Shown here one piece after another: positions 1-8,496 of a DNA stretch of 41,968 nt. The first letter of the stretch is position 1. The number at the start of each line of letters is the position of its first letter. Both the position numbers and the translations under genes were made by a program. Source of the stretch: Candidatus Caldarchaeales archaeon (GTDB taxonomy: Archaea > Thermoproteota > Nitrososphaeria_A > Caldarchaeales > Wolframiiraptoraceae); assembly GCA_039630055.1 (NCBI GenBank), contig JBCNVN010000009.1, forward strand, positions 1-41,968, written 5' to 3'. The notes beneath the pieces are model-generated. The model did not search any database. It had not been told where the DNA came from and worked only from the letters and a program-made list of their open reading frames with translations.

Positions 1-707
1 TTCAATCTTCTCGATGTAAAATACGGGTTAATCTTTCTAACCATGTCTCCCGGCTTATTTGAGGTTGAGTATTTTCCTGTTAAAGCTCCCTGAGCTAACG
101 GGCTATAAGCTATCACCGTCAAATTCTCTCTTAGACAGTATCCAATCATATCTTTTTCAACACCTCTATTCAACATATTGTAGACGACCTGGTTTGATGC
201 TATATCTACCTTGGAGAGGGATTCTCTAGCTTTTACAAGCTGTCTAAGATTGAAGTTGCTTACACCTATGGCCCTGATTTTGCCCTCATACCAAAGCTTC
301 TCCAAGATCTTCATAGTCTTTGATATCGGCATAATATAGCTAGGCCAATGGACTTGGTAGAGATCTACATAAGATACTCCTAAACGTCTTAAACTTCCTT
401 CCAAAGCTCTCCTAATACCTCTCTCAGTCATCCTAGTTGGAGAAAACTTGGTAGCAATTATTACATCTTCTCTTTTAACATTCTTCAAGCATCTTCCCAG
501 TATCTCTTCAGATTTTCCACCACCATATACCTCTGCTGTATCGAAGAAGTTTATACCTAGTTCAAGAGCTTTATTGAAGGCCTCTATCAAGTCTTGGTCA
601 TTGTAGGTTTTTGAGTAACCCCATATCCTAGAACCCCACTGCCAAGTGCCGATACCTATGGAAGAAACCTTGATACCACTCTTTCCAAGCTCCCTATACT
701 CAACCAA
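1..707 (-). CDS. Aldo/keto reductase (3' end runs off the window)
   Basis: Not in ORF track. Manual translation from TTG at 707: MVEYRELGKSGIKVSSIGIGTWQWG...LELGINFFDTAEVYGGGKSEEILG...IATKF...YVDLYQVHWP...GKIRAIGVSNF; these are typical AKR motifs. Confidence 0.92.
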   Translation of the reverse strand, partial: MVEYRELGKSGIKVSSIGIGTWQWGSRIWGYSKTYNDQDLIEAFNKALELGINFFDTAEVYGGGKSEEILGRCLKNVKREDVIIATKFSPTRMTERGIRRALEGSLRRLGVSYVDLYQVHWPSYIMPISKTMKILEKLWYEGKIRAIGVSNFNLRQLVKARESLSKVDIASNQVVYNMLNRGVEKDMIGYCLRENLTVIAYSPLAQGALTGKYSTSNKPGDMVRKINPYFTSRRL

Positions 708-889
708 CTCATAGAAAAGTCTTGAACGCTGTTTTTAAGCTTTGAATTCTAACACCATTCTATCGATTTTATTGTTTTTAGAATGGGATATCTTCATCCA
801 ATCGATGAGAGGATGGTCTACAACACTATAATATTCTCCACATTCAGCAAAGCGTTTAATTATTACATCATCTAGGTTATCCCGTAGAC

Positions 890-1399
890 TTGTCTGATCA
901 ATTCTATGATGTTCCAGCTCAAGGCTATATTGAGCTTTATGGAGAAGAACAGTTAAGAAAATACCTAGCCGTCTTCAATAATATTGACTTACAGCCTTCA
1001 AAGATCTTAGATATTGGATGTGGAGTTGGTCTTCTATCAAGATATCTTGAATCAATAGGGTTTGGTGGAGAGTTTATCGGGATAGATATAGATATTGAGA
1101 GAGTTAAGTTTGCTAAGAAGACTTTTGGAGAATTTATCGTCGCAGATGCACACCATTTACCTTTTAGAGATAAATGCTTCCAGACATCTACAATTTTTAC
1201 TGTAATCCATTTACTCAAAGTGAGGGATGCGTTAAGAGAAGCAGAGAGAGTCTCTGAGAACATGATTATCATCACTATTTTAAAGAAGAGGACTGATCTA
1301 AGAGATTTAATTATCCAAGAGCTGAAAAATTTAGGTAGACTGGTTGAGATAGACGACTCCTCAATTAATGATTACATCTTCATACTTTACTTAGATTAG
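890..1399 (+). CDS. Class I SAM-dependent methyltransferase
   Basis: ILDIGCGVG motif I, GIDID, ADAHHLPF. Confidence 0.85.
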   Translation: MSDQFYDVPAQGYIELYGEEQLRKYLAVFNNIDLQPSKILDIGCGVGLLSRYLESIGFGGEFIGIDIDIERVKFAKKTFGEFIVADAHHLPFRDKCFQTSTIFTVIHLLKVRDALREAERVSENMIIITILKKRTDLRDLIIQELKNLGRLVEIDDSSINDYIFILYLD

Positions 1400-1445
1400 A
1401 AGGATCATGCTTATATTATGCACAGTCTCGATCTAGCTTGTAGGA

Positions 1446-2300
1446 ATGGTTTCAGGAAAAACTATTACGAGGCTCTTCTCACCGATAATATCTGGTATAA
1501 CGCATATATTCTTTAGACCGGTAACCATCAAATATCCATTCGAGAAGACCTACAATGTTCCAGAATCCAATTATAGGTTCGACCCCAAAGAGGGGATAGC
1601 TTACCCAGGTTATAAAGGTAGGCACATCCTATATCTTGACAAGTGTACTGGATGTGCAGCATGTGACCGCGCATGTGAGAATATAGCTGAAGCGATCACT
1701 ATGGTTTATGGATATGATGTCTCCCTAAAGCTGGATAAGAATATTTATGAGAAACTAGAAAAAGCTGGTGAAGTATCTAAAGCTGTAAAGATTTTGTTAG
1801 AGCCATTTTCAGGAGAGTTGAAATCAGTTGAGAAGAGAGAAGACGTTTATAATATTAGATTGAATAGTGAACCTATCTTTGAGTATAGGTGTGAGGCACT
1901 ATATGAGAACCTTCTAGAGAATTCGATCAATGTGTTGAGTAAGAATGGATGGAGCATAGATTTAGTTGAGTATAAGCCGGTAGAGAGCATGAAGTTTAAG
2001 ATAAGTAGAGAGACCGATGTATTAGAGTTGAGTATAGAGAAGATAGACTTTGGGCTTAAACATAATAAGAGAAGTGTCTTCCCAGCCATAGATTATGGTA
2101 GATGCGTCTTCTGCGGGTTCTGTGTCGATGCATGTCCATTCTATGCACTTGAGATGGGACCATCTTACGAGTTATCATCAACCGAACGTGAAGAGTTGCT
2201 CTATACACCCCTCATGCTCTCCAGAAAATTCTTCGAGACTTATCCACCTGAAACAACATGGTCTGAGAAGACCATAATGCTCTTCAGAAGATATAAGTGA
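1446..2300 (+). CDS. nuoI: NADH:quinone oxidoreductase-like subunit I (2x[4Fe-4S]) with a large internal insertion
   Basis: VTIKYPFE, YKGRH, CTGCAACDRAC and IDYGRCVFCGFCVDACP motifs; ~110 extra residues lie between the two Cys clusters. Confidence 0.85.
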   Translation: MVSGKTITRLFSPIISGITHIFFRPVTIKYPFEKTYNVPESNYRFDPKEGIAYPGYKGRHILYLDKCTGCAACDRACENIAEAITMVYGYDVSLKLDKNIYEKLEKAGEVSKAVKILLEPFSGELKSVEKREDVYNIRLNSEPIFEYRCEALYENLLENSINVLSKNGWSIDLVEYKPVESMKFKISRETDVLELSIEKIDFGLKHNKRSVFPAIDYGRCVFCGFCVDACPFYALEMGPSYELSSTEREELLYTPLMLSRKFFETYPPETTWSEKTIMLFRRYK

Positions 2301-2485
2301 TGTGGGGAGCCACTCTTCCTTTATAATCAGCCTTTTAAGATTGAAGAGGTTTACTCTAAGACTTCCATATTCTATTCTACTAGTATAAACCTTTAATAGA
2401 TTAGAGTATAGAGATCGAGAATCTTTCAATGATGGGAGAGGTTAAAGTGAAGGTCTATATAGCGCTGACATGATTATGCTTTGAG

Positions 2486-2848
2486 ATGTCTTCCGAACGC
2501 CTAGCCAATGTTTTGAAGGATAGAAGAATATTGAGAGAAGCATATACACTATGTAGGATGATAATCTTCAATCTGAGAACTTTTCTCGATACTGAAGATT
2601 ACAAGTATCTAAAGAGAGCGTATGATCTTGTAGAGTATGTCTCATCAAAGAAAGAATATGTCGAGAATATGAATGGATTTAGAGACCTCTATAACAATTT
2701 AAAAACACTTATCGATCTACTGGAATCTAGAGGTTGGAAGCTCTCCGAAGAAGAGTATGGGAGAGCTTCTGAACAAGTAACATATACTATAGCTAGAGCT
2801 AATATCATCGCTATGGGCATAAATTTTAAGATTAAGAGGATGAGATGA
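2486..2848 (+). CDS. Hypothetical alpha-helical protein
   Basis: 120-aa ORF with protein-like composition, co-oriented with pfkA; no motif recognised. Confidence 0.6.
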   Translation: MSSERLANVLKDRRILREAYTLCRMIIFNLRTFLDTEDYKYLKRAYDLVEYVSSKKEYVENMNGFRDLYNNLKTLIDLLESRGWKLSEEEYGRASEQVTYTIARANIIAMGINFKIKRMR

Positions 2849-2894
2849 GAGGTTTTAACTCCACATAGAGTAAAGATAGATTGGGGTGTAGTGC

Positions 2895-3857
2895 TTGAAG
2901 AAGATTGGTATAGTTACCAGTGGAGGAGATGCTCCAGGTATGAATGCAGCTATAAGAGCCTTGGTAAGATTGTCTGCATGGAACAACATCGAGACCATAG
3001 GATTTATTAGAGGTTGGGAAGGCGTCATCAATAATCGATTCACCATTCTCAACCCAAGATCTGTGAGTGGTATACTACATCTAGGTGGAACGATCCTTAG
3101 GACCTCGAGATGTGTAGAGATCAAGACTAGAGAGGGCTTGGAGAAAGCTGCAGCCAGTCTCAGAGAAGATGATGTTGATGGACTAGTAGTTATTGGGGGT
3201 GAAGGATCTATGAGAGGAGCATACGAGCTAAGTAAACTTTCAGATGTTAAGATTGTAGTTTTGCCAGCTTCAATAGATAATGATATATATGGAACTGATG
3301 AAACAATAGGTTTTGATACAGCGGTTAATACTGCTCTTAACGAGATAAACAAGATTAGGGATACTGCAATATCTCATGAGAGAACATTTATAGTTGAGGT
3401 AATGGGTAGAAAGAGGGGGTTTCTAGCTGTAGAAGTAGGATTAACCGCTGGAGCTGAAATAATACTTGTACCAGAATCACCATATGATGAAGATACTGTA
3501 CTAGAAACTTTAAAGAAGAATGTTAGCAGAGGAAAAAACTCTAGCATAATCGTTATAGCTGAAGGTGTTGGGCAAACGTATAGTTTAGCTGAAGCTATCG
3601 AGAAGAAGGTTGGGGTTGAGGTTAGGGTCAGCATCCTAGGATATGTTCAGAGAGGTGGAAGTCCAACAGCTAGAAGCAGACATCTTGCATCTGTATTCTC
3701 AGAAAAAGCGATCGAGCTACTGTTGGATGGTGTCGGTGGCAGACTGGTCGGCATAAGAGGGGGAGAAGTATCCTCAATAAATTTGTCAGAATCCTATAAT
3801 AATGAAAAGCTTCTAAATCTAGAACTTCTAAGATTGGCTGAAAAACTCGCTATCTAA
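2895..3857 (+). CDS. pfkA: ATP-dependent 6-phosphofructokinase, PfkA family
   Basis: TSGGDAPGMNAA, GGTILRTSR, IGGEGS, SIDND, EVMGR, QRGG. Gly at the GGxG position indicates ATP- rather than PPi-specificity. Confidence 0.93.
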   Translation: MKKIGIVTSGGDAPGMNAAIRALVRLSAWNNIETIGFIRGWEGVINNRFTILNPRSVSGILHLGGTILRTSRCVEIKTREGLEKAAASLREDDVDGLVVIGGEGSMRGAYELSKLSDVKIVVLPASIDNDIYGTDETIGFDTAVNTALNEINKIRDTAISHERTFIVEVMGRKRGFLAVEVGLTAGAEIILVPESPYDEDTVLETLKKNVSRGKNSSIIVIAEGVGQTYSLAEAIEKKVGVEVRVSILGYVQRGGSPTARSRHLASVFSEKAIELLLDGVGGRLVGIRGGEVSSINLSESYNNEKLLNLELLRLAEKLAI

Positions 3858-3870
3858 ATACTGATATTAT

Positions 3871-4119
3871 CTATTCATCTATCTCCATAGTATTTGATGT
3901 CAAGCTTTCTCTAATCTTATTCAATCTCTCTAAAAATCCACTTCTCAATATGGCTAGGTCATCTTCAGTATATTCTACTCCATTCTCTTTCATTATCTCG
4001 AGAACACAATAGATCCATCTATCTGCGATGCTCTGGAGATCTTGATCGGAAAGATCGGAATTAAGAATGTCTTCAACGATCTTATTTATCCTATCTTTTA
4101 TATCGTCTGAAACCTTCAT
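3871..4119 (-). CDS. Small acidic hypothetical protein
   Basis: 82-aa ORF filling the gap between pfkA and nuoA; no motif recognised. Confidence 0.55.
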   Translation of the reverse strand: MKVSDDIKDRINKIVEDILNSDLSDQDLQSIADRWIYCVLEIMKENGVEYTEDDLAILRSGFLERLNKIRESLTSNTMEIDE

Positions 4120-4213
4120 AATCTCGGTCAGCCTATCATCCCTAGGTAAAATTCTAGTTTAAAGATTTTCTTAAAGTTGATCAGAAAAATAATCTTAAAA
4201 TATAGTCTAGTGG

Positions 4214-4621
4214 ATGATGATCGTGCTGCTAAAATGGGTGATATATTTGTCTCCTCTCCTCGCGTTTGCCTTATATGTTGTTTTCGCAGTAGTTACGGTA
4301 GCCATTATGGCCGTATTACCTTTGATTCTCGCACCTTGGAAGCCGACTATTAAGAAGAAGATCTCTTTTGAGTGTGGTCAAACTCCACTCCCATGGAGAG
4401 AAGAAGCATTTCCATACGAGTATTTCCCCTACCTAATCATATACGTAGCCTACGCTGTGTTAGGAGTAGTAGTATTCATCTCTAGTATTGTTTTAACAGA
4501 GGCACCCTATCTAGCCGATAGAATACTCATCCTTTTCGGATCTCTCACGGTGGGAGCGTTCTTTGCAGGTCTACAGTTGAGAGAACTTAAACAGAGGTTG
4601 TCCGCTGGAAGGGGTGAGTAG
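4214..4621 (+). CDS. nuoA: NADH:quinone oxidoreductase-like subunit A
   Basis: Three TM helices and K..SFECG loop motif; immediately upstream of nuoH. Confidence 0.8.
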   Translation: MMIVLLKWVIYLSPLLAFALYVVFAVVTVAIMAVLPLILAPWKPTIKKKISFECGQTPLPWREEAFPYEYFPYLIIYVAYAVLGVVVFISSIVLTEAPYLADRILILFGSLTVGAFFAGLQLRELKQRLSAGRGE

Positions 4622-4623
4622 AT

Positions 4624-5625
4624 CTGCTCACAGAAATAATAGAACTTATAACTAGCGAAGAGTTTATTAAAGCCTCGATCTTTCCAGGTATAACTTTCGT
4701 CATGCTATATGCTCTCTTCACAGTCTGGTATGAGAGAAAAATACTTGCAAGGATTGCTTTGAGGATTGGGCCACTACATGTTGGGAAGATTGCTGGAGTT
4801 CTCCAGTTGGTTGCAGATGCTGTAAAACTTTTGACAAAGGAGGTGATAATACCTTCTAAAGCTCTCAAGGCCTTGTTCATAACTTCTCCAATCATAGGAG
4901 CTTTCATACCATTTCTAATCTTTCCATTTATACCATTTGGAAACAGCTGGATTATATACCCGTCTAGTATAAGCCTACTAATAGTATTCGCTATAATAGC
5001 GGTCTCACCTATACCTTTCATGGTTGCTGCATGGGCTTCGAGGAGCAAGTATCCATTCATAGGCATGCTTAGATTTGGCTTCCAACTATTTGCTTACGAA
5101 GTCCCATTATTCCTAGCGTTAATACCTGTAGCCATAGTCTCAGGTAGTCTAGATCTTCAGGAGATAGTAGCAGCACAGAAGAGCTTTCCCTACATACTTA
5201 TCTTACCTCTCTCATTCGTAGTTTTCTTAGTGAGCAGTATAGCAGAGGTTGAGAGGATACCTTTCGATATACCTACGGCTGAACAGGAGATTGTATCAGG
5301 ATGGACGACCGAGTACTCTGGAGTATTTCTAGAGCTTATACAGCTTGGAACATATCTAAAAGCTGATGCCTTCGCAGTTATCACATCAATACTATTTCTA
5401 GGTGGATGGCTTGGACCAGACATATATTTCATCCCCCAAGAGATTGAAGAACCATTCTGGCTGATGTTGAAGTCACTACTAGTATTGTCCTTCATACTCT
5501 TCTTGAGGGGGGTTTATCCTAGAATAACGATTGATAGATTACTGGATTTAGGATGGAGAATACTGATACCATTAGCCCTACTAAACATATTCATAGCAGC
5601 CATATTTGCAGCCTATATTCTCTAG
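4624..5625 (+). CDS. nuoH: NADH:quinone oxidoreductase-like subunit H (probably starts at CTG 4624; ORF track start 4702)
   Basis: ERKILAR...RIGP, QLVADAVKLLTKE, AEVERIPFDIPTAEQE, TEYSG, YPR. The frame is open upstream to a TGA at 4615-4617 and encodes LLTEIIELITSEEFIKASIFPG. Confidence 0.9.
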   Translation: MLTEIIELITSEEFIKASIFPGITFVMLYALFTVWYERKILARIALRIGPLHVGKIAGVLQLVADAVKLLTKEVIIPSKALKALFITSPIIGAFIPFLIFPFIPFGNSWIIYPSSISLLIVFAIIAVSPIPFMVAAWASRSKYPFIGMLRFGFQLFAYEVPLFLALIPVAIVSGSLDLQEIVAAQKSFPYILILPLSFVVFLVSSIAEVERIPFDIPTAEQEIVSGWTTEYSGVFLELIQLGTYLKADAFAVITSILFLGGWLGPDIYFIPQEIEEPFWLMLKSLLVLSFILFLRGVYPRITIDRLLDLGWRILIPLALLNIFIAAIFAAYIL

Positions 5626-5626
5626 T

Positions 5627-6937
5627 CTAGGGGACTAGTCTAAACTTGTCTCTAGGAAAGAGGATTACCTCTCTAATATTGTCTCTGTTTGTTAATATCA
5701 TTAAAAGCCTATCGAGACCAAGCCCCCATCCAGCATGTATAGGCATACCATAATCGTAGACCTTCAAATGATGCTCGAAAGATTTAGTGTTCAAGCCTTG
5801 TTCTTCTAACCTCTTCTCGAGAAGCTTACGGTCAGAGATCCTTGTACCCCCGGAAGCCAGTTCAAGCCAGCTATACATTAAGTCGAATGATTCAGATATT
5901 TCAGGATTGTCTTCACATGGTTGAATGTAGAATGGTTTAGACTTTGTTGGGAAATGGGTTATAAAGTAGTATCCTTTATGCTTCTCTCCTAGAATTCTCA
6001 GATGCTCCGTGCCGAAATCTTCACCCCATTCAAGCTCAAACTCTAGAGACTTTAACTCTCTAACCATATCATCATAGGTAAATCGTGGAAGTGGAAGGTC
6101 TGGAACCTTAAGGTCTACGTTCAACAACTTAAGTTCTCTCTCCCTCTCCTCGAGAACCTTCACATAGATATGGGTTATCAACCTTTCAAGAATCTCCATA
6201 ACCCCATAGAGATCTAGGAAACCTGCTTCAATATCTATAGAAGTAAACTCGCTTACATGTCTTCTGGTATGAGACTCTTCTGCTCTAAAGAATGGCCCGA
6301 TCTCGAATACTCTCTCGAAGACTGTGACCAGCTCCTCCTTGTATAGTTGGGGGCTCTGAGCTAGATAGGCTCTACTATCAAAGTATTTCACTTCGAATAG
6401 AGCTGCACCTCCTTCAGTTGCGGTTGCAATTATCCTAGGAGTTCTAACCTCTATGAAATTATTCATCCTAAAGAATTCTCTTGCTGCAGCTAGTACCGTG
6501 TCAGCTATCTTGAATATAGCATTGTTCTCAGGTTTTCTTAAGTCTAGTATCCTATTATCTAACCTTGTATCTATCCCTGCAGATACTTTTCCTGTAATAT
6601 CATAGGGGATAGGGCGTATAGCTCTCGACAACACTTCTATATTCTCTAGGTCTACTTCAACCCCTAATCTAGCCTTCTCCTGACTTCTCACAATACCCTC
6701 AACATATACCACATCTTCATATCCAATCTCTTCTTGTTTTCTCAATATTTCCAATGGGAGGTTCTCCTTCTTAATCGTTACCTGACATATCCCTGATACA
6801 TCTCTCAGCAGTATAAATTTTATACCGCCTAGATCTCTTACTTCGTGGACCCATCCTAGGAGAGAGACCCTGGAACCGTCTAGGTCAGGTTTTATCTGAG
6901 AGGCGTAATGGCTTCTATGTAGAAGCTTTCTTCTCAC
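5627..6937 (-). CDS. aspS: Aspartyl-tRNA synthetase, archaeal type
   Basis: GWVHEVRDLGG OB-fold, LAQSPQLYK, FRAEESHTRRH (motif 2), GWGLGLDRL (motif 3). Confidence 0.96.
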   Translation of the reverse strand: MRRKLLHRSHYASQIKPDLDGSRVSLLGWVHEVRDLGGIKFILLRDVSGICQVTIKKENLPLEILRKQEEIGYEDVVYVEGIVRSQEKARLGVEVDLENIEVLSRAIRPIPYDITGKVSAGIDTRLDNRILDLRKPENNAIFKIADTVLAAAREFFRMNNFIEVRTPRIIATATEGGAALFEVKYFDSRAYLAQSPQLYKEELVTVFERVFEIGPFFRAEESHTRRHVSEFTSIDIEAGFLDLYGVMEILERLITHIYVKVLEERERELKLLNVDLKVPDLPLPRFTYDDMVRELKSLEFELEWGEDFGTEHLRILGEKHKGYYFITHFPTKSKPFYIQPCEDNPEISESFDLMYSWLELASGGTRISDRKLLEKRLEEQGLNTKSFEHHLKVYDYGMPIHAGWGLGLDRLLMILTNRDNIREVILFPRDKFRLVP

Positions 6938-7472
6938 TCAACTCCATCCTCCTCTCTATCCATCTACTCTTCTCAAAATCTATCCTCAAGATCACTCCTT
7001 TAACCTGCTTTACTACGTCTATGATAGATGGTGTAGAAGATTTTAAGCTTCTCTCTCTATCGAGTATAACCCTCATCTCTTCACTTCCATCCGGCAACCA
7101 TATCTTATTTATTGTAACGACTCTAGCGGGAGCCACCAGCTTCTCAATAAATCTAGAGATCTCTCTATCATCTTCAACTATCTTAACATTCTTCCCCAAT
7201 TTTTCTCTCAACTTTTTTCTAAGAGCATATAATGTATCTTGGTCAACATTCTTCAGACTATCCTCCTTCAAGATGATGAATACTGTATCTCCACCATCGA
7301 CAGCTTTAACAAAGCCAGTTCTAGAAAGCTTCGGCAACTCTTTCTCTAGTTCTATCAACATCTTCATGATCTTGATATCCAGCTCTTGATATAGACCTCT
7401 ACGTACTTTTTCCTCGCATTTGGGGCATAGTATCCCCGTCTTTAAGTCGAAGATGCATAATGGAAACTCCAC
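6915..7472 (-). CDS. Archaeal NusA-like KH-domain protein with N-terminal Cys motif
   Basis: PLCxFDLKTGILCPKC N-terminus, INKIWLPDGSE; overlaps the aspS start. The alba/NusA-like/aspS order looks operonic. Confidence 0.75.
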   Translation of the reverse strand: MEFPLCIFDLKTGILCPKCEEKVRRGLYQELDIKIMKMLIELEKELPKLSRTGFVKAVDGGDTVFIILKEDSLKNVDQDTLYALRKKLREKLGKNVKIVEDDREISRFIEKLVAPARVVTINKIWLPDGSEEMRVILDRERSLKSSTPSIIDVVKQVKGVILRIDFEKSRWIERRMELSEKKAST

Positions 7473-7554
7473 CTAATCACCTCTAGCATTATGCCCACCT
7501 CGTAAGCGCGGGGGCCTATGATGGTTGCTGTTCCCTAAGTGATGTCTATGACTC

Positions 7555-7833
7555 CTATCTCTTCAATAGTATCTCGATCGTGCTGACGCTTACAGGTTGA
7601 TTATTCGGTCCAGTTACCTCTTCTGTTCCAAGTTTTATATCTGAAACTTTAAGGTCTTTATAAAATCTACGTTGTAGTACCTGGACTACATCTACCGCTC
7701 TACTGATCGCTCTACCTCTCGCTTTCAATAGTATCTGACTAGTACCACTCTGTAGAGTGGTTAGACATGCAAAGACGTAATTCATAAGGGGCTTCTTCCC
7801 TACTAATACCGTTGGAACCTCTTTCTCGGCCAT
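7555..7833 (-). CDS. albA: DNA/RNA-binding chromatin protein Alba
   Basis: VGKKPLMNYV, KARGRAISRAVDV, VSTIEI. Confidence 0.96.
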   Translation of the reverse strand: MAEKEVPTVLVGKKPLMNYVFACLTTLQSGTSQILLKARGRAISRAVDVVQVLQRRFYKDLKVSDIKLGTEEVTGPNNQPVSVSTIEILLKR

Positions 7834-7962
7834 TGATCTAATACACCTCTCTTGACACTTGTGGGCTGAAAACCATTATTTATGCCAGCATAAAAACCTA
7901 TTGTAGGAAATATAGGTTTAGCTAGAGAGGGTATATATCCAGCCTTACCTTATCAATATAAG

Positions 7963-8124
7963 ATGCCTCTAAGAGATGTAGCTCTCATACAGTTGGCTCA
8001 GAGACGTAGACTGTACTATAAGATATGCCGTGAATGTGGTACGAGGAATGCTCCAACAGCTGAAAAATGTAGAAAATGTAGAAGCTACAATCTAAGATGG
8101 AAGAAGAGAGAGATAAAGAGGTAG
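7963..8124 (+). CDS. rpl40e: 50S ribosomal protein L40e
   Basis: Not in ORF track (<60 aa). MPLRDVALIQLAQRRRLYYKICRECGTRNAPTAEKCRKCRSYNLRWKKREIKR, with a CxxC...CRKC zinc ribbon. Confidence 0.95.
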   Translation: MPLRDVALIQLAQRRRLYYKICRECGTRNAPTAEKCRKCRSYNLRWKKREIKR

Positions 8125-8233
8125 ATTTGAAAACACTATAGTCTCACACCATCTAATATTTAGATGACATCTGATTGGGAAGGGAACAGTTCCAAGATAA
8201 AATATAAGTTTGGGGATGAAGAAGGTGGGAAAC

Positions 8234-8325
8234 GGGCCGGTGGTCTAGTGGTTATGACGCCGCCCTCACAGAAGATATTTTCAAGGAAGCGGCGGAGGTC
8301 GCCGGTTCAAATCCGGCCCGGCCCA
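8234..8325 (+). tRNA. tRNA-Val(CAC) with a 19-nt anticodon-loop intron (~8271-8289); CCA not encoded
   Basis: Acceptor GGGCCGG/CCGGCCC+A, D arm GTCT..GAC, anticodon stem CCGCC/GGCGG with CT-CAC-A, T arm GCCGG-TTCAAAT-CCGGC. AT-rich insert GAAGATATTTTCAAGGAAG; TATA-like AATATAAG at 8201-8208. Confidence 0.93.
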
Positions 8326-8496
8326 ACTCAGATACATGATAAAGATGAGGAGAGGAGGTTATAGAGATAAGTTGTTATATAGGTATATACATGCTGGAGC
8401 GGTCTTAACCGGGAAGAAGAGAGAAGAGCTTCTCTAGATAGAAGTTTTTACAAATATTTAATATTAGGGATCTCGTGATAGAAGTGGCTTCCACCC

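Noticed and set aside
755-786. Inverted repeat CCATTCTA/TAGAATGG
   Set aside because: Single 8-bp repeat in AT-rich divergent promoter DNA; no second copy or transposon features.
1707-2070. NuoI insertion as an intein (HN dipeptide present)
   Set aside because: No N-terminal Cys/Ser at the junction, HN is followed by Lys, and KHNKRS belongs to the host sequence.
2429-2468. C/D-box-like ATGATG...CTGA
   Set aside because: Only ~40 nt, imperfect C box, no convincing C'/D' boxes; overlaps the likely promoter of the 2486 gene.
7963-8124. Ubiquitin-L40e fusion
   Set aside because: Stand-alone L40e; no upstream in-frame ubiquitin domain.
8164-8364. 66-aa ORF in the track
   Set aside because: Spans the tRNA-Val gene; spurious.
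8336-8437. 33-aa ORF downstream of tRNA-Val / possible integration site
   Set aside because: No integrase and no duplicated tRNA 3' end seen in the window; no recognisable motif.
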